DNA of 39,883 nt from Basidioascus undulatus (Eukaryota), in assembly GCA_000826855.1 (NCBI GenBank), contig JTLS01000033.1, positions 1 through 39,883 of the forward strand. Reading direction: 5' to 3'. The translations under genes were made by a program, and so were the position numbers. The notes under the pieces are model-generated. The model made no database searches. It had not been told where the DNA came from and saw only the letters and a list, made by a program, of their open reading frames with translations. This document shows, in pieces, positions 1-12,417 of this stretch (position 1 is its first letter; every line of letters starts with the position of its first letter).

Positions 1-557
1 GTCATTCCAGACCTCAGTATCCTCCCCCTTCGCTCCCATTCGCCCACGCGCACCTCAATATGCAGTATCGGATCCGACACTTTATCCCACAGCTGCCTCC
101 CACCAGAGCAAGCGGGAAGCACATCAATTCATGTGTCCCGCCTTGTGTACATGGGCAGGATGGACGCCGACGCACCTCCCACTCGTCCTCGTCCCTCCAC
201 ACCCGCACGCCCATCTTCTCCACCTCCCCCCGCTCATAGAACCGCAGGCTCCGGCGCGTAGCGATCACCTGCAATTCGACGTTCTCGTACTGTTTCCCCA
301 TTCCCCATCCAGGTATCCCCAAATCCCCAAGTTACCGGCTCTTCAGTCTTCGAAATAGCAGGAGAAGGGGAAGGGAAGAGACGCACGGAAAGTAACTCCC
401 CCACAATCAGCGGCGCCTTGATCGACGCGACCGAGCCGGTCGTGGCGAGGAGGATGCGGAGAGGCCGGGCGGGCGTGGGCGGGTTGGGGAGCGGGGCGAG
501 CGTGACGGCGGTGGAGGAGAAGGTAGTGGAGGGTTGGGGGGAGGAGGATGTGAACAT
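1..557 (-). CDS. Phosphopantothenoylcysteine decarboxylase / HAL3-CAB3 family flavoprotein, 5' part only (runs off the window)
   Basis: ATG at 557. Exon 387-557 gives ...RILLATTGSVASIKAPLIVGELLS; intron 290-386 (gtgcgt..cag); exon 176-289 gives YENVELQVIATRRSLRFY...VWRDEDEWE. TGSVA.IK and DEDEW are flavoprotein/PPCDC hallmarks. Confidence 0.9.
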
Positions 558-1928
558 GGTGAGAAAAATGGGAGAGGGAGGATGAGGGTAGGAAGGGAAG
601 GGGAAAGCAAGGGGGCGAGCGGTTGGCGTCATTTCGAGGGTGAGATCGTGAAGGGCTGTGCGAGCGGCAAATAAAGACTTTCATTCGAACAACACCTCCA
701 TCTTTGAACTGTCACCATTTTACAATAAAGTGGTTAAAAATCACATCATCCTACATGTTCAACGAATAGCCTGTGACTCCCGCTTCAAATGGTCTTCATT
801 CAAGGCGAGCCAGTCAAGAGGAGTCGCAAAGCGTCAGCCGGTGAGCAACAACGACGCCCACTTTTACCTACTGACTCCATACGGCCGAACGAGCGTGTGC
901 ATATCGAGGTATTGTACAGCAAACTCTCGTCACTCGCAGCGGTGATCAGGCTCTGCCTCAATCTCCGAATTTTCGTACTGCGTTCTGCGAGTACTACTAG
1001 TGTTGTCGACACCCTTAAAGTCTTACCAGTTGTATCTCGATATTAGTAATAGAAATATGGAGGCCTGAACTGTGTTATCAGTGCTGTTGTAATCAAATTG
1101 GCCTTGGCCAACTGCAGTCTTCCTTACGGACGTTTCATTTCCCCCACACTCCCTGCAGCGCCGCCGAAATGCCTGGGAAGTCCCCGAGCTGTTTCATAAG
1201 AGAATTCTATTAGATATACACTTTTTGCCAAATTTCCTCACACCCGAGTTCCTCCGTCCTGCAGTCCTCCGGTGCTCACCCCACGAAGCCTCACTTCACT
1301 GCAAGATGGCGATCCACTGATCCATTCTGTAAACACCTTCGCATCCACCAGCACCCGTGCTTCTCCATAGTTAGTCTCAGTCAATAGTATGATATATTCG
1401 CCGTTATCCGCTCCTTTTGATTGCTTTTGAACCCGATCGTGGCACAGGATAGCCGCTCCAAAGACGTCTGCGAAGAAGTGAAAGAGCGGTTGCGACGGCT
1501 GGAACCCGAATAGATAACTGCCTGCTTGGCAGGTCCACCTGATGTCTTTCATTGCTTTCGAATATCTTAAACATTTAGGTACGCCAAGCAGATATCGTGT
1601 AAGCTATCAGCAGACCGTCCCTCGAGCGCACGCATTCGAGCGCCACTGGGGTCTTTAGCCGTCCGCCAACGGCTCAAAATGCCCGACGCCCACCAATGGC
1701 CCGACTCCCGAGGTGGATAAGCCTATCACGACGGTCCACATTTACATAAATACGGTATCGACATTGTACTTCCTTCGAATGACATGGAGGAACTCGTGAT
1801 AAGGGCCCACTCTCGTGACTGCGCGATAAGCCGCTGCGAGGCATAAGAGGCGATGGTCGCCGTCCTCGAGGGCGGCCTACTCCTCCTTCTTCCTCCTGGC
1901 ATCCCCTCACGATATCCTCCCTTAACTA

Positions 1929-2910
1929 ATGGCCTCCAAATACAATTGCACAACCGTCGATGTGACGTGCTCCAAGCCGGTCAACATAAAAAGCCGCTCA
2001 GCAAGGAATTCCGCACGTTCTACCACATCCACGTTCTTCCAGATGCTCGTGGTGAGCATGCTGGCGTTCGCTGGGCCAGCAATGAGTGATTGTGAGTAGA
2101 TCTCTCCAAAATTTCACATTCCCTTAACTGACGCTTGGATGTCGCCGCGATCAGCAATCGCCAATTTGGGCGGCGGTGGGTGACTTGGAGCTGATAATAC
2201 ATCGTACCCTGCCTGCGGCGCACTCACACCTTGGTGACAGTCTTGCAAAGCCCTGGACGGCCAGTGAGTTGCAGTCTATGCTATGGGTAATTCTGGCACA
2301 CAGAAATAACAGATGCCGCCAGTGCGGCCTCCTACACGACGTTGGGTCGCGTGAGTACATTTCAAGCCTCATGGCATGGCCGGACGCGCCTGAACGGCCT
2401 TGCTGCAGCTTGTTCGGAGGGCCCATAGTCGGTCGCCTGGGTCTGCAGAAGACGCTTAACCTCGGCGCAATGACGTTCCCGCTCAAGGGCTCGTCCATGT
2501 ATGTCAACAGCAAGTATGGAGTGAGTGCCTTCCCATCGTTTCGCGTTTGGGTCCCGTGTGCCCACTTTTCCGTTGTGCGTTTAGAGCAAAGCAACATCGT
2601 AACGGAGGCGTCTTCCGCTCAACCGAAGCCATGGGTCAAGCAGTATCTTACGGCATCAACTCCAAAGCTGGAAACCGATTGTCAGCTTGTGAGTGCAACG
2701 AGCTCCCCTTCACCTGAGAATAAGGAACAGTGTTTCGACACGTCTCGGCACGGCAGTGGTCTCCTCTTCGGGCTACTCATGGTCTCGACCTTGCCGGCTT
2801 GGTTGGTTGTGCGGAACGTACCCGACCTCTAGCCCATGGAGGAGACGGTTCAAGCAGAGTTGGAGGAGGCGCAGGAGAGGCAGTACGGGGGACGGAGGCG
2901 CAAGTCGAGC
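1929..2910 (+). pseudogene. UNC-93-like (DUF895) MFS membrane protein, internally deleted relic
   Basis: Spliced pieces: STFFQMLVVSMLAFAGPAMSD|SIANLGGGG|LAKPWTA|NAASAASYTTL|LFGGPIVGRLGLQKTLNLGAMTFPLKGSSMYVNSKYG, followed directly by C-terminal RNGGVFRSTEAMGQAVSYGINS and LLFGLLMVSTLPAWLVVRNVP. The middle helices are absent, there is a phase break near 2351/2409 and a TAG at 2830-2832. Family assigned from recalled motifs. Confidence 0.75.
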
Positions 2911-3891
2911 CGAAGTTGTTGGCCCGCGGACGGACTGTGGGGCCGGAACAGGATACAATCGAATGTCTCTTTGTTTGAATATAGTCTCCCAAAACTTGTG
3001 AAATTTACGTGGGGAGCCTGCACATGGGACGGAGACATTCCGAGAGGATATCAAAAGCTTCATCGATCATATTCGACAGACCTGAGTGTCGCCTTCGCGG
3101 CATTGAACCCCTGCAAGCCACCTGAGCACCATGCAATGAGTACAAGAAGGATTTAATATTCGAGTCAAATTGGTCTCAATTGACCAGGCTTTATTCAACA
3201 TCCGATGATGGGTTGTAACAATATGACCTGCAGCGCGGTCCTTTACGATCTCAGGCTACAGGACAGGAACAGTGGACAGCAACCCAGAGCGTACAAGTGT
3301 TCAACTCCATGATACCGAGCGACACCTTTTATAATAAGGTTACTTGTATATTACGGCACCAAATTCTGCCTGCACAGCCATAGTCGCGTGTAGTACGCTT
3401 GCTCAACCGAAGCAGAAGGGGGTTGATACCGGGCCCTGACCAACGACGAAGACCCCTTTTTGCAAGCTCACCGCTTCTGCAAGCTGATCTTATGGAAAAT
3501 TTCAAACTTCATGCATAGTAAGACTCCGGCGCCCACGAAGAGATCGCCAATACACCCAGGAACATGGTTGCTTCCTTGTTGACAATGGAAAGCGCCAAGC
3601 GGCAAACAAAAACACACAAGCCGCGCACACGGAACGCACTGCTGCACGAACCTCGTTCACCTTGACCCTTTTCCGCTCGGTGCCCGCCGTGCTGATCTTC
3701 TGATCTTTCGCAACTCGACCGCTTCAAAAGCTGCATCCACACTCTTTCTGTCGTAGACGGACGCATTCCAGCTATCTTCCAGACTGGGTCCCCAGTCGCC
3801 AGGCTGCCATCCGCGCTGGACTCTGATAGCGAATCCTCTCGAACGCTCGCTTGATCCAACACTGTCATCATCACCCGAGCAGCGCACCGCG

Positions 3892-6800
3892 ATGGACGCG
3901 GACGACCCGCCGTCGACACCCCAGGCGCTGCTCACGCGCAAGTCGTCCACCCTAACCGACCTCACCTCCAGACTCTCCGGCATCGCCAGCGAGCCGGTCC
4001 GGCGCAATGCCGACGACCCCGCGCAGACGATCCGCGACTTGGAGGAGAAGCTGCAGATGAGCGCCAGTGAGTATCGACCCTCGCATCTGCTGGGGGGGCT
4101 GGAGGCTTTATCTGGGATGCTGAGCATGAGAGGGCGGGTGCGGCACGGCAGGCATCGGCCAGGCTCTGCTTGAGCGCCATGACGCGTATGTGCAGCAGGC
4201 AGAGCGAACTAGGGAGGAGCTGATGCAACAAGTAAGTGCACCTTGCAAGATGTATGCGCATATGAAGGAGCCTGACAGCTGGGGCCCGCAGACGGACGAG
4301 AAGCTGCGCGAGCGCATCCACTCGCTCGAGCAGAGCAACGACCAGCTCGTCGCTCGGCTGTCCTCTACAGTCCAAAAGAACTCATCTCTAGAGAAGGTAC
4401 GTTTCCCTTTTATCAATATTAAACGTCTGCCCATCAATCGCTTATCCCCGATCTCCCAACCCACAGCGACTATCTGCCTCCCTAGGCGCGACCGAAGCAG
4501 CCGAGGCGTCCGTGCGCAACCTCCTCGCGGAGCTGTCCAGCCTCCGCGCCAACAACGCGAAGCTATATGCCCAGCAGGCCAAGCTCGTCGGCGCGGAGGA
4601 GCGCCTCAAGGTCGTTCAGCGCGAGCGCGACGACGCGCGCCAGGAGCGCGAGGCGGAGAGCAAGCGCGCTGGGCGCGCGGAGTGGAGGGTCAGAGGGATG
4701 GAGGAAAGGATTGGTGCGTTCTCTCCTTTTGAAATTGCTTGTCCAGAAGTGTCGTGTTGGAAGGGGTGGGATTAACGCTGCGTGGGTCTCGCGCAGGGCA
4801 ACTTGAGGACAAGGTGGCGTCTACGAAGCGCGAGCTCGAAGACGCTCGAGCGTCGACTGCCTCCCGCGCCAAGCAGTCCGTTCTGGAAGCGAAAGCGCGC
4901 GCTGCTGCTTCGCTCCCCCTCTCATCAGCCAACAACGGCAGCATGGACACTCCCGAGCTCTTCCACATCCTCGAAACCCTCGTCGCGGACAACGAGACGC
5001 TCAAGCACGACAACACCGAGCTGTCTGCGCTCCTCTCCGAGTCGCAAGAGGACCTCCGCCGCGTGCGCGAAGAGCACACTTCGCTCCTCGCGCTCCCGCA
5101 GCCTCAGCACCACTCGCTCGCCTGCGAGGCGGGGCTCGACTCGAGCGTTCCGAGCCCCTCGGCGGTCCGGCGGACGAGCTTGGGGAGTGGCGGGGCGGGA
5201 CGACACTGGCGCAAGGACAGCTTTGCGCCGAGCTTGGCGAGCAGCGCGGCGTACGGGAGGTTGCAGGAGGCGGAGGAGGAGGCCGGCGAGCCGGAGGAGG
5301 AGACGGTCGAGGAGGTGGGTTCGGCGCTCGACGAGGGCGCTATGCCGCCTGTGCCTGCTGTGCCTGCGTCCTCCTCGCAATCGACGAGCCCGCAGCCGCA
5401 GTACCTTCTCGGGAAGCGCTCGCTGCGCGGGCGAGGCGCAGCGTCAATCGGTAGGGCCAGCCACCGGAATCGGCGAAGCTTCAGCATGGACAACAAGACG
5501 GCGCCTTCGATCACGCGTGCGTTCTCGGTACGTCTGCACAGTGCGAAGTCGCTCCTCTTTGTGCCTGTGAGGCTGACTGGGATGGTCGTAGGGCGGCTCG
5601 GTATCGTCCACCGATGTCTCTCCCCACCCTTCACCCAACCCCGACATCCACCGAATCACCTCCCCCGACCCGTCCATCTCGGCACCTACCTCGCCGGCCG
5701 ACCTCTTTTTCCCGCCCTCATCCTCATCCTCCTCCGCCGCCCGTCCGCCCCTCAATCAGGCCTTCTCGTCTCCAGAAGCGCAGTTCGCGAGCTGGCGAGC
5801 GCGCCGCGCAGTCAGCCTCGACCTGCGGCGCCCGAGCACCGCGCCTCGCTTTGTTCCTTCTTCATCGAAAGACGCGGACGCGGAAGGCGAGAAAGATGGG
5901 CACGGGCGTTCGACGTCGCCTGCCAAGTTTCGACGTAAGCAGCTTCTCCTCCTCTCCTACAGTCGCGGCACGCAGACTTCGCCCATCCGCCCTCGCTCGC
6001 GCTCTCTTTCTCCGTCCCCGCACGATGCCCCGCCCACGCTCTCCGACGAGGTCTCATCCTCCGGCACCCCAAACCCCTCCGGCACACCCACCACCGCCGA
6101 CGCCCCGACGCTCGCTGCGCGGACGCAGGCGCTCGGCGCGCTTATCGAGCACATGCAGCGCCTGCTCGTGCGCCTCGCCCAGTCGGACGTGAAGAACCTC
6201 ACGCGCCGGCTGCGGCGCCAGAATCTTCCCGGAGACGTGGGGCATCTGAGTCGAACTACGTTCAAGGGGCTCGAGAACGAGCTCGCCGGACTCCGCGACC
6301 ACTTCCGCGCCGTCCTCGAGCAGGAGCGGCGCGCGGCGTTCGCGCTCGGCCCATCCGCGTTGGACTCCGCGACTGCAAACTCCTCCAAGAGCCTCGTCAC
6401 GCGCCACGACTTTCTCGCGCTCGTCAAGCTCTTCAAGGAAGTCTTCTTGGAGCTCGCGCGCGCGCAAGGGCTCCTGAACGACGTGACGCTCGACCCGTCC
6501 CTTGCGCAGAGGCTCAAAGAGGCGGCCGCCGCGCCGGACGAGGACGCACGCGGGCGGACGCGCGAGCGGCAGACGAGCACCGGCCCGGGAGGATGGATCG
6601 CGCCTCTCATGCGCCTCGTCTCCTCCGGCGCGTCTGCGGCTGCCGAGCCCGGCCCGGGGCTACGCCCGCCGCTCCGCGCAGCACCGAAACTCGCTGCGGC
6701 CACGAGCGCAACGTCCGCGACTGTCAATGTCGAGTTCGCGGGCGGACATACTCACCGCGCCGTGTCGTCCACGCTTGCGCCGCCCGCATCGTCGAGGACG

Positions 6801-7841
6801 CCGTCGCCTGGCGCGTCCGCAGCAGCGGCGGCGAGGCAGCGGCAGGCGCAGGCGCAGGAGGTTACGCCCCGCACGCTGCGTGGGAGGGAGAAGGCAAAGA
6901 GAGAAGATCTGCTTTCCATCTTTGCGGGCGCGCCTGTTGGCGGGGACAAGTTGCTTATGGGTGAGCTCGTCTTAGTGGAAGGACGCGAGAGAGGGATGCT
7001 AATGAAGGCAGTGGGGACAATGTCAGTCAATGAGCGTCCTGCTTTGAGGAGGCAGAATTTTAGGCGGGATTTGCCGAGCGGTGGTGCACCGGCCACCTCG
7101 AAACGGCTGAGCACGATTGTAGATGCGTGCGTGCGGTGTCGCTTCATCTCCTCAAACAGCGCCGTATTAACCCTTCGCCGTTTCTTCTCCCATTTCAGCG
7201 TGACCGACTCGCTTCCTCACGCTGCCGCCGGGACGTCCGAGCTCGAGCCGTCCCTTCTTGAGCGAACTCTGCGCGGGCGACCGCGCGGCCTCTCAGACTC
7301 GTCTATCCACTCAACCTTCATCCGCGACGGCGGCACGACCGCCCCTCCCCCACGTATCATCACCCCTGCAGGGCTGGCCATCTCGGCCGTGGCGAGCGAG
7401 TCGGCGTCCGCGACGACGCCGGACCTCAGCTTCGCGGGGACGACGCCCGCGAGCGACCGCGAGAGCGTTCTCGCGAACCTTAGCCGCAAGATGTCGGCCT
7501 TCCGCGTCGCGAGCAGCGGAAATTCCTCAGGCTCAGGGTCCTCCGTCCCGCCTCGGCGGCCTGGCACGCCCGGCAGCGGGCACAGCAACGACGGCGCAAG
7601 CTCGGGCTCGAAGCCGTCCAGTCCCACGCGCCGCCAGATGTCGCTGCCTATCCAGCGCACGAAGTCCAAGCCTGTCGGCGCGGGAGGCGGATTCGGGACG
7701 GGCACGCCCGTGCTTGGAAGCTTGGGCGCCATGGTCAGCAGCTTGGTCGACGAGGCTGCTGTCAGCGGTCATCTCGCTGCGCACGCCGCGGGACGGAGGG
7801 GCCTCAGCAGGGACCGTTCGCCCGGATGGGATTTGCGCTAA
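3892..7841 (+). CDS. Large multi-exon coiled-coil protein of unknown function (basidiomycete-type conserved C-terminal helical block)
   Basis: ATG 3892; exons 3892-4066, 4152-4231, 4292-4397, 4467-~4713, 4797-5527, 5592-~6960 plus two more; TAA at 7839-7841. Canonical donors and acceptors keep one open frame. Heptad-rich N-terminal half, Ser/Pro-rich linkers, helical block LAQSDVKNLTRRLRRQNLPGDVGHLSRTT...LNDVTLDP. Confidence 0.85.
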
Positions 7842-8619
7842 GCTCGCCCGCATCACACTGTTCTTTCCTTGCTCGCTTCTGTCCTCCATCACGCACCACG
7901 CACAAGTTTCCTTCTTCTCTCGCCCCGCATCCCTCATCGTTTCTCCCTGCATGAACGTCACAGTCGCATCGTCCCTTCATATCCCTCTTCGTTCTCTCTA
8001 TCCGCATCCGGTGTCCGGGCTTTCACTTATACCCGTAATGATTGTTCTCCTCACGTCTTCTGCGCATGTTCATTTTTGCACGTCGCGTCACAAAGAACAG
8101 TCGCGACAGCAACGAGATGAGTTACTGTACAGATGAAGCCCGATGGCGGTCGTACTGTCGTGAAGCGTGAAGCGACAGTCTGCCGAAACTTGGCATCGAC
8201 TGTTCACAGGCCGATTGCACTGTGGAGAAGGATTGAATCGAAATGAACACGACGCGCAATATTGTAAGCTGGGTATCATCCGGCACCAGCCGGCACCGCG
8301 CGCAGTAACCGTCACCGCAGTTGCGTTGAACGAACGGGAGAAGCACCGGCCACCATCTTTTATCTTCCCCTCACGTCCCGCAACGCTTTCGAGGTATGCA
8401 GCTCTCGTACCTCCTTCTCCCTGGATATACGCATGCCTTGGCTCGCAAGATAACTCCCATGCTGAATCTTATCGAAACAGAAGTGCGCCGTCCATCGACT
8501 CGCCTAACAATCCACTTCTCTTGAGTGAGTCTATATAGAATGAAACCCTCGAAAGCGTAACCAGGTTAATCTTGATACATACTACTAAACCTTGACCATT
8601 CGAGTGCAGAAGCGCGGTC

Positions 8620-9320
8620 TAATGTCATTCATCGACCGCACCATGATCGAGTTTGGCACCAAGGCTCCCATGCTCCCATGAGTCCCTGCCCGCGGCGGTG
8701 CTGGACAGGTGGACGGAAAAGGCAAGGGTTCAGCTCAGGGAGGACGCTGCCGGAAAGGATCTGGAGTACTTCCTCTCACGCAAAGGGAAAGTCAGTTGTC
8801 GATCTGACCTTCATTTATCCCGTCGTCGTCCGCTGAAAGCGTTGGACTTATTTCCAGGTGACGGGATTTGACCCATGGAGCCCACCCCACCCTCCGATCT
8901 CATTCGCCGCCCGGACGGCACGGTCCCGGTCAAGTGGGCGAGCTCAACCGCGTCGCATGCCCTACACCGTCCTGTTGTTCATGAACAAACTCGCCGAGGG
9001 CACGAAGCCGGGATGGTTCATACTCCCAGGCCGCCGAGAACATGAGCACTTTCGTATTCAGTGCTGAAATGGGATTCGTGGCGCGACCGCCTGAGCCGGC
9101 GGAAGGGAAGACGCTGCAGGACTGGGAGAAGCAGACCTGCATCACTGCGCAGTTCACGATGCCTTGCGCGTAATAGATGCCCCATGATGTACTCTGATAC
9201 TTAACCGATTGAAGTGACTGGGCGTGAACATCGCGTTCCTATTCCACGTCACTCGACACGGCACGCAGTTACGTCTTCCAGCTCTCGCTTTTGAAAGAGT
9301 TCAGATAGATGACAGGTGCA
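8620..9320 (+). pseudogene. Probable decayed gene fragment, family not recognised
   Basis: Protein-like stretches in shifting frames (VLDRWTEKARVQLREDAAGKDLEYFLSRKGK; MSTFVFSAEMGFVARPPEPAEGKTLQDWEKQTCITAQF) with an intron-like gtcagt..ccag at ~8791-8857. No continuous frame. Confidence 0.3.
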
Positions 9321-10099
9321 GGCCGTGCACTCTCATGTGTTTAGAACTTGAGATGAGAACGTTGTATTCCAAAAACTGAACAGACTGCGTCGCCCGGCGA
9401 CGTTACTTTTGGGATTGAAGCGCCTTCTCAAGCACCACGACCGTCTCAAGCTCCTCGTTCCAAATCGTTCGCGCGCAGTAAGCTCCACCTCATATAGTCC
9501 ACCAGAAGATTAGATCTCACTCTCCTAGCTTCCAGGCCTTTCCTCAGCGCCGACTATCCTTCCTCACGCAGCGCCAGACCGCAGCCAGTGCGTGAATTAC
9601 AGTCGTTCGAAGCAATCTCGCACCTGCCTGTCCAGATCTTTCACAAGCACCTCCACCCCCACAAACTGCGGCTTGTTCTTTAAGAACACTTGGCGCTCGG
9701 CCTGGGGAGCAAGAGAATAAGCACGAGGAAGGCCCGGAGGGGTGGGGACGGGTGCGCGAGGAGGGAGTCGAGCGTGGTTGGGAGGGTTGGGTTGTTGCGC
9801 GAGGATGCATCGAGCTCAGGGTTTGGCGGGCTGGCGGCGTATAAATTGTTGTAGCTGGAAGTCTCGGGAAGGGGAGACCCGGGGCGAGCACGCGTCGGAG
9901 AGCGCTGTCGCTTGAAAGTGCAGGTGAATGCTACGCTCACAATGGGCAGTTGAAGCCAAGTCGACGGACCACGTGTGGGTAGGGGTTTTCAGGAAAACAA
10001 TGGTAGATCGATCTGGAGCGCATCCGCCTATAGGTCCAGACGACAGCGGTGCGTCAGGAAGCAGTTCAGTGAGCGTCGGAAAGCGGAAATCGGAACACC

Positions 10100-11686
10100 C
10101 ACGAAGCCTCATAATCCCTCTCGCCTGGGTACCGCGACCTATCGATCTTGAATCTCTTTCTCCGTTGCAAGTCCCTCTCCCGTTCTTCTCCCTCATCATT
10201 GCTCGAGTCAGACCGCGGGTCACGCTCAGCTCGCCTATCGCGACCCTTCGCTGCGCGGCCGTTGCGCGTACCCCCACGAAGCGTCTCTTTCCACGCCGTG
10301 GGTCTCACTGGGCGCGCGCGAAAACGGGTCGCGAGCTGCTCCGCGGGAATTGGAAGCCCGCCGATAGCGCTCTCTTCTCGGACTCGTACGGCAGGTAGCC
10401 GAGCGGCTCGACGTGCATCTTGTGAAAGCGCGCGTGCGGGCGCGCAACGAACAATCGTCCGTCGTGCGGCACGCTCTATCCTCCTTCCTCTTAAAAATTT
10501 AGGCCTGAGAACGATGTGACAACAAATGGTTTCGCAAGGGCGCACCTTATCGCGTCCTCCACCTCCATGAAACGTAAGGTAGTAAGGCTTCTTCTCCTTG
10601 TCCCACATGTCCCAGCTTACTTCGGCCACCTTGGATCCCCAACCAAACGTCCGGAGGATCTCTTGCTCAGAGGCAAGGGCGAGGCCGAGGTCGGGCGGCT
10701 TTCGGGAGACGCGCAGGTTGAACCAGTGGTACAGCTTCAGCTTCTGGCCGGCTGAGCTACGAAGCGCTTGCGCCTCTGCGCAAAGGTCCCCGCCGTTGCG
10801 ACCGTCAGCTGTTGAACTGCGCAGTCACAAGAATAGGATGAGTTTGCGCACCCAGGGCATCGTTCGGGTTGTAAAACAGCACGGTCGCTTCGCCATAGCC
10901 GTCCCAGGCCGAACGTTCGCGATCGTTCCGAACTGGCGGAAGACGAAGACACGGGCGGCGAAGGCTGTCTCGCGCCCAGCCCGACCGCGCTCGCTGTCAT
11001 CACGGCAGCCCTCTCTAGGAGCCGATGCTTCGACTGAGAGGGAGACTACACCTACCCCTTCCGTATGTCTATGGAAAGTTGGAGATGTACAGCGGCGGCG
11101 CAAGAGGCGGCGGGTCGTTGCCTGGGGACTTGCCCAAACGCAGCAGGATCTTGCCGCGCCCGTTGGACAGCTCATAGCGGTGAAGGACGGCCTAGGCCTT
11201 CTCAGCTGTAAAATAACCCAAACATATCCCACCAGCCTTCACCCTTCAGAGGTTCCGGCCAGGAAGTGTGAAAGATCGGCAATCCGGCACATCTGCAGCG
11301 ACCGAGCGAAACTTGACACCGCTCACGAACACCATATCCCTCGGTCCGCCGTAGCCTTCTTCTGATGTCCAGTGTGCGCCCATCGAAGAATACCTCTCAA
11401 ATTATTCACTCCCCCATACCCTGTACCACCACCGCTGGAGCAGGGTAACGTAGTGGACCTGCCCGACCTGCGTGACAGCGTTGAAGATGTCCGCCAGCTC
11501 GCGCTCGCGAACGAGATTGAGGAACCTGTGAAGCAGAAGCTTTGGATGACGGATGAAGCGGTGCTTCTTCCAGTCTGCACACAGCTCCCTGGGGATGATA
11601 TGTGCTCTTGGTGGGTAACCATCTACAGTCCGGGCCCGCTCACTAGGCAGCTCGCCCGACCACTCCGCTTTCTCGATGAACACCAT
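10100..11686 (-). pseudogene. Triple-RRM RNA-binding protein pseudogene (Rrm4/PABP-like layout)
   Basis: Minus-strand spliced reading: PKLLLHRFLNLVRERELADIF...VKFRSVAA|AEKA*AVLHRYELSNGRGKILLRLGKSPGNDPPPLAPPLYISNFP*TYGR|AFAARVFVFRQFGTIANVR/WDGYGEATVLFYNPNDAL|EAQAL...LRVSRKPPDL..SEQEILRTFG..VAEVSW..YYLTF. RNP2/RNP1-like motifs are visible. Stops at 11192-11194 and 11069-11071, frameshift near 10905. The 3' limit is approximate. Confidence 0.7.
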
Positions 11687-12417
11687 GCTCAGCACGCGAT
11701 GTTTGAGGGTCGGTCTGGAGCAGATGCGTGGAATTGGAGGATGGGGGAGTAAGCCGGAGTTAGGATTGATCGGACGGTGGACGTTCGCAATCAAGTGGAC
11801 GGAATCGAGCGGATCAAGGCTGGTCGTTCTGTCGTTCCGTTCAGGCCGTCTCGCGGTCGCGCCGGGGACGCGACGCGTTTGTCGTTCTTATCAGGCAATC
11901 GTTCTCGCTTAGGCCTGCACGGCTGGATCACTACCCTTGCCGTGCCATAGGATGGCTATTCTGATCCGTGATAATTTTACGAGGCTCATGCACGACATGC
12001 ATACATCCCCTTTCAGCCGTTCAGGTTTGACTCGTCCGCACTGGGAAGCGCTTTCAACCCGCAATCTGCAAGCCGTATAGGTTGTGGGAAGTGTGGGTGC
12101 AACGCTTGAACCAGACACTGCCGACAGGTGTGGTGTAAAAATGCAGCTGATCGGGATACTCCACCCATCAATCGAACATCCACTCTGCTGGTAGGCATGC
12201 TGAGCTTTCGAATGCGTCTATCGTTCTTACAGTCACGGGGAGGTGGGAATATCGAAGGTGGGCGGTATTAATGCGACCGTTGGCCCGACCTAGGATTAGG
12301 CTGCCTTGGGTTGAAGCCAGCTGCAACACAAACAGCGCATGTAGACGCTCAAAATCGTTCATCCGTGTATCCGAGTATCCGCAAGTGGGATATCGGCCTC
12401 TATCATCCCTAGCCCAA

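Noticed and set aside
4782..8136. Long overlapping Arg/Pro/Ala-rich ORFs in alternative frames and strands
   Set aside because: Expected shadows of GC-rich coding exons; no motifs or independent splice structure.
11069..11194. In-frame TAG stops as possible A-to-I editing or read-through sites
   Set aside because: The same gene also has a frameshift and a broken donor, and Trp does not fit the AEKA*AVL context. Ordinary decay is simpler.
11372..11752. Plus-strand 126-aa ORF that looks protein-like
   Set aside because: It is antisense to the first RRM of the minus-strand pseudogene, which has the recognisable motifs and splice sites.
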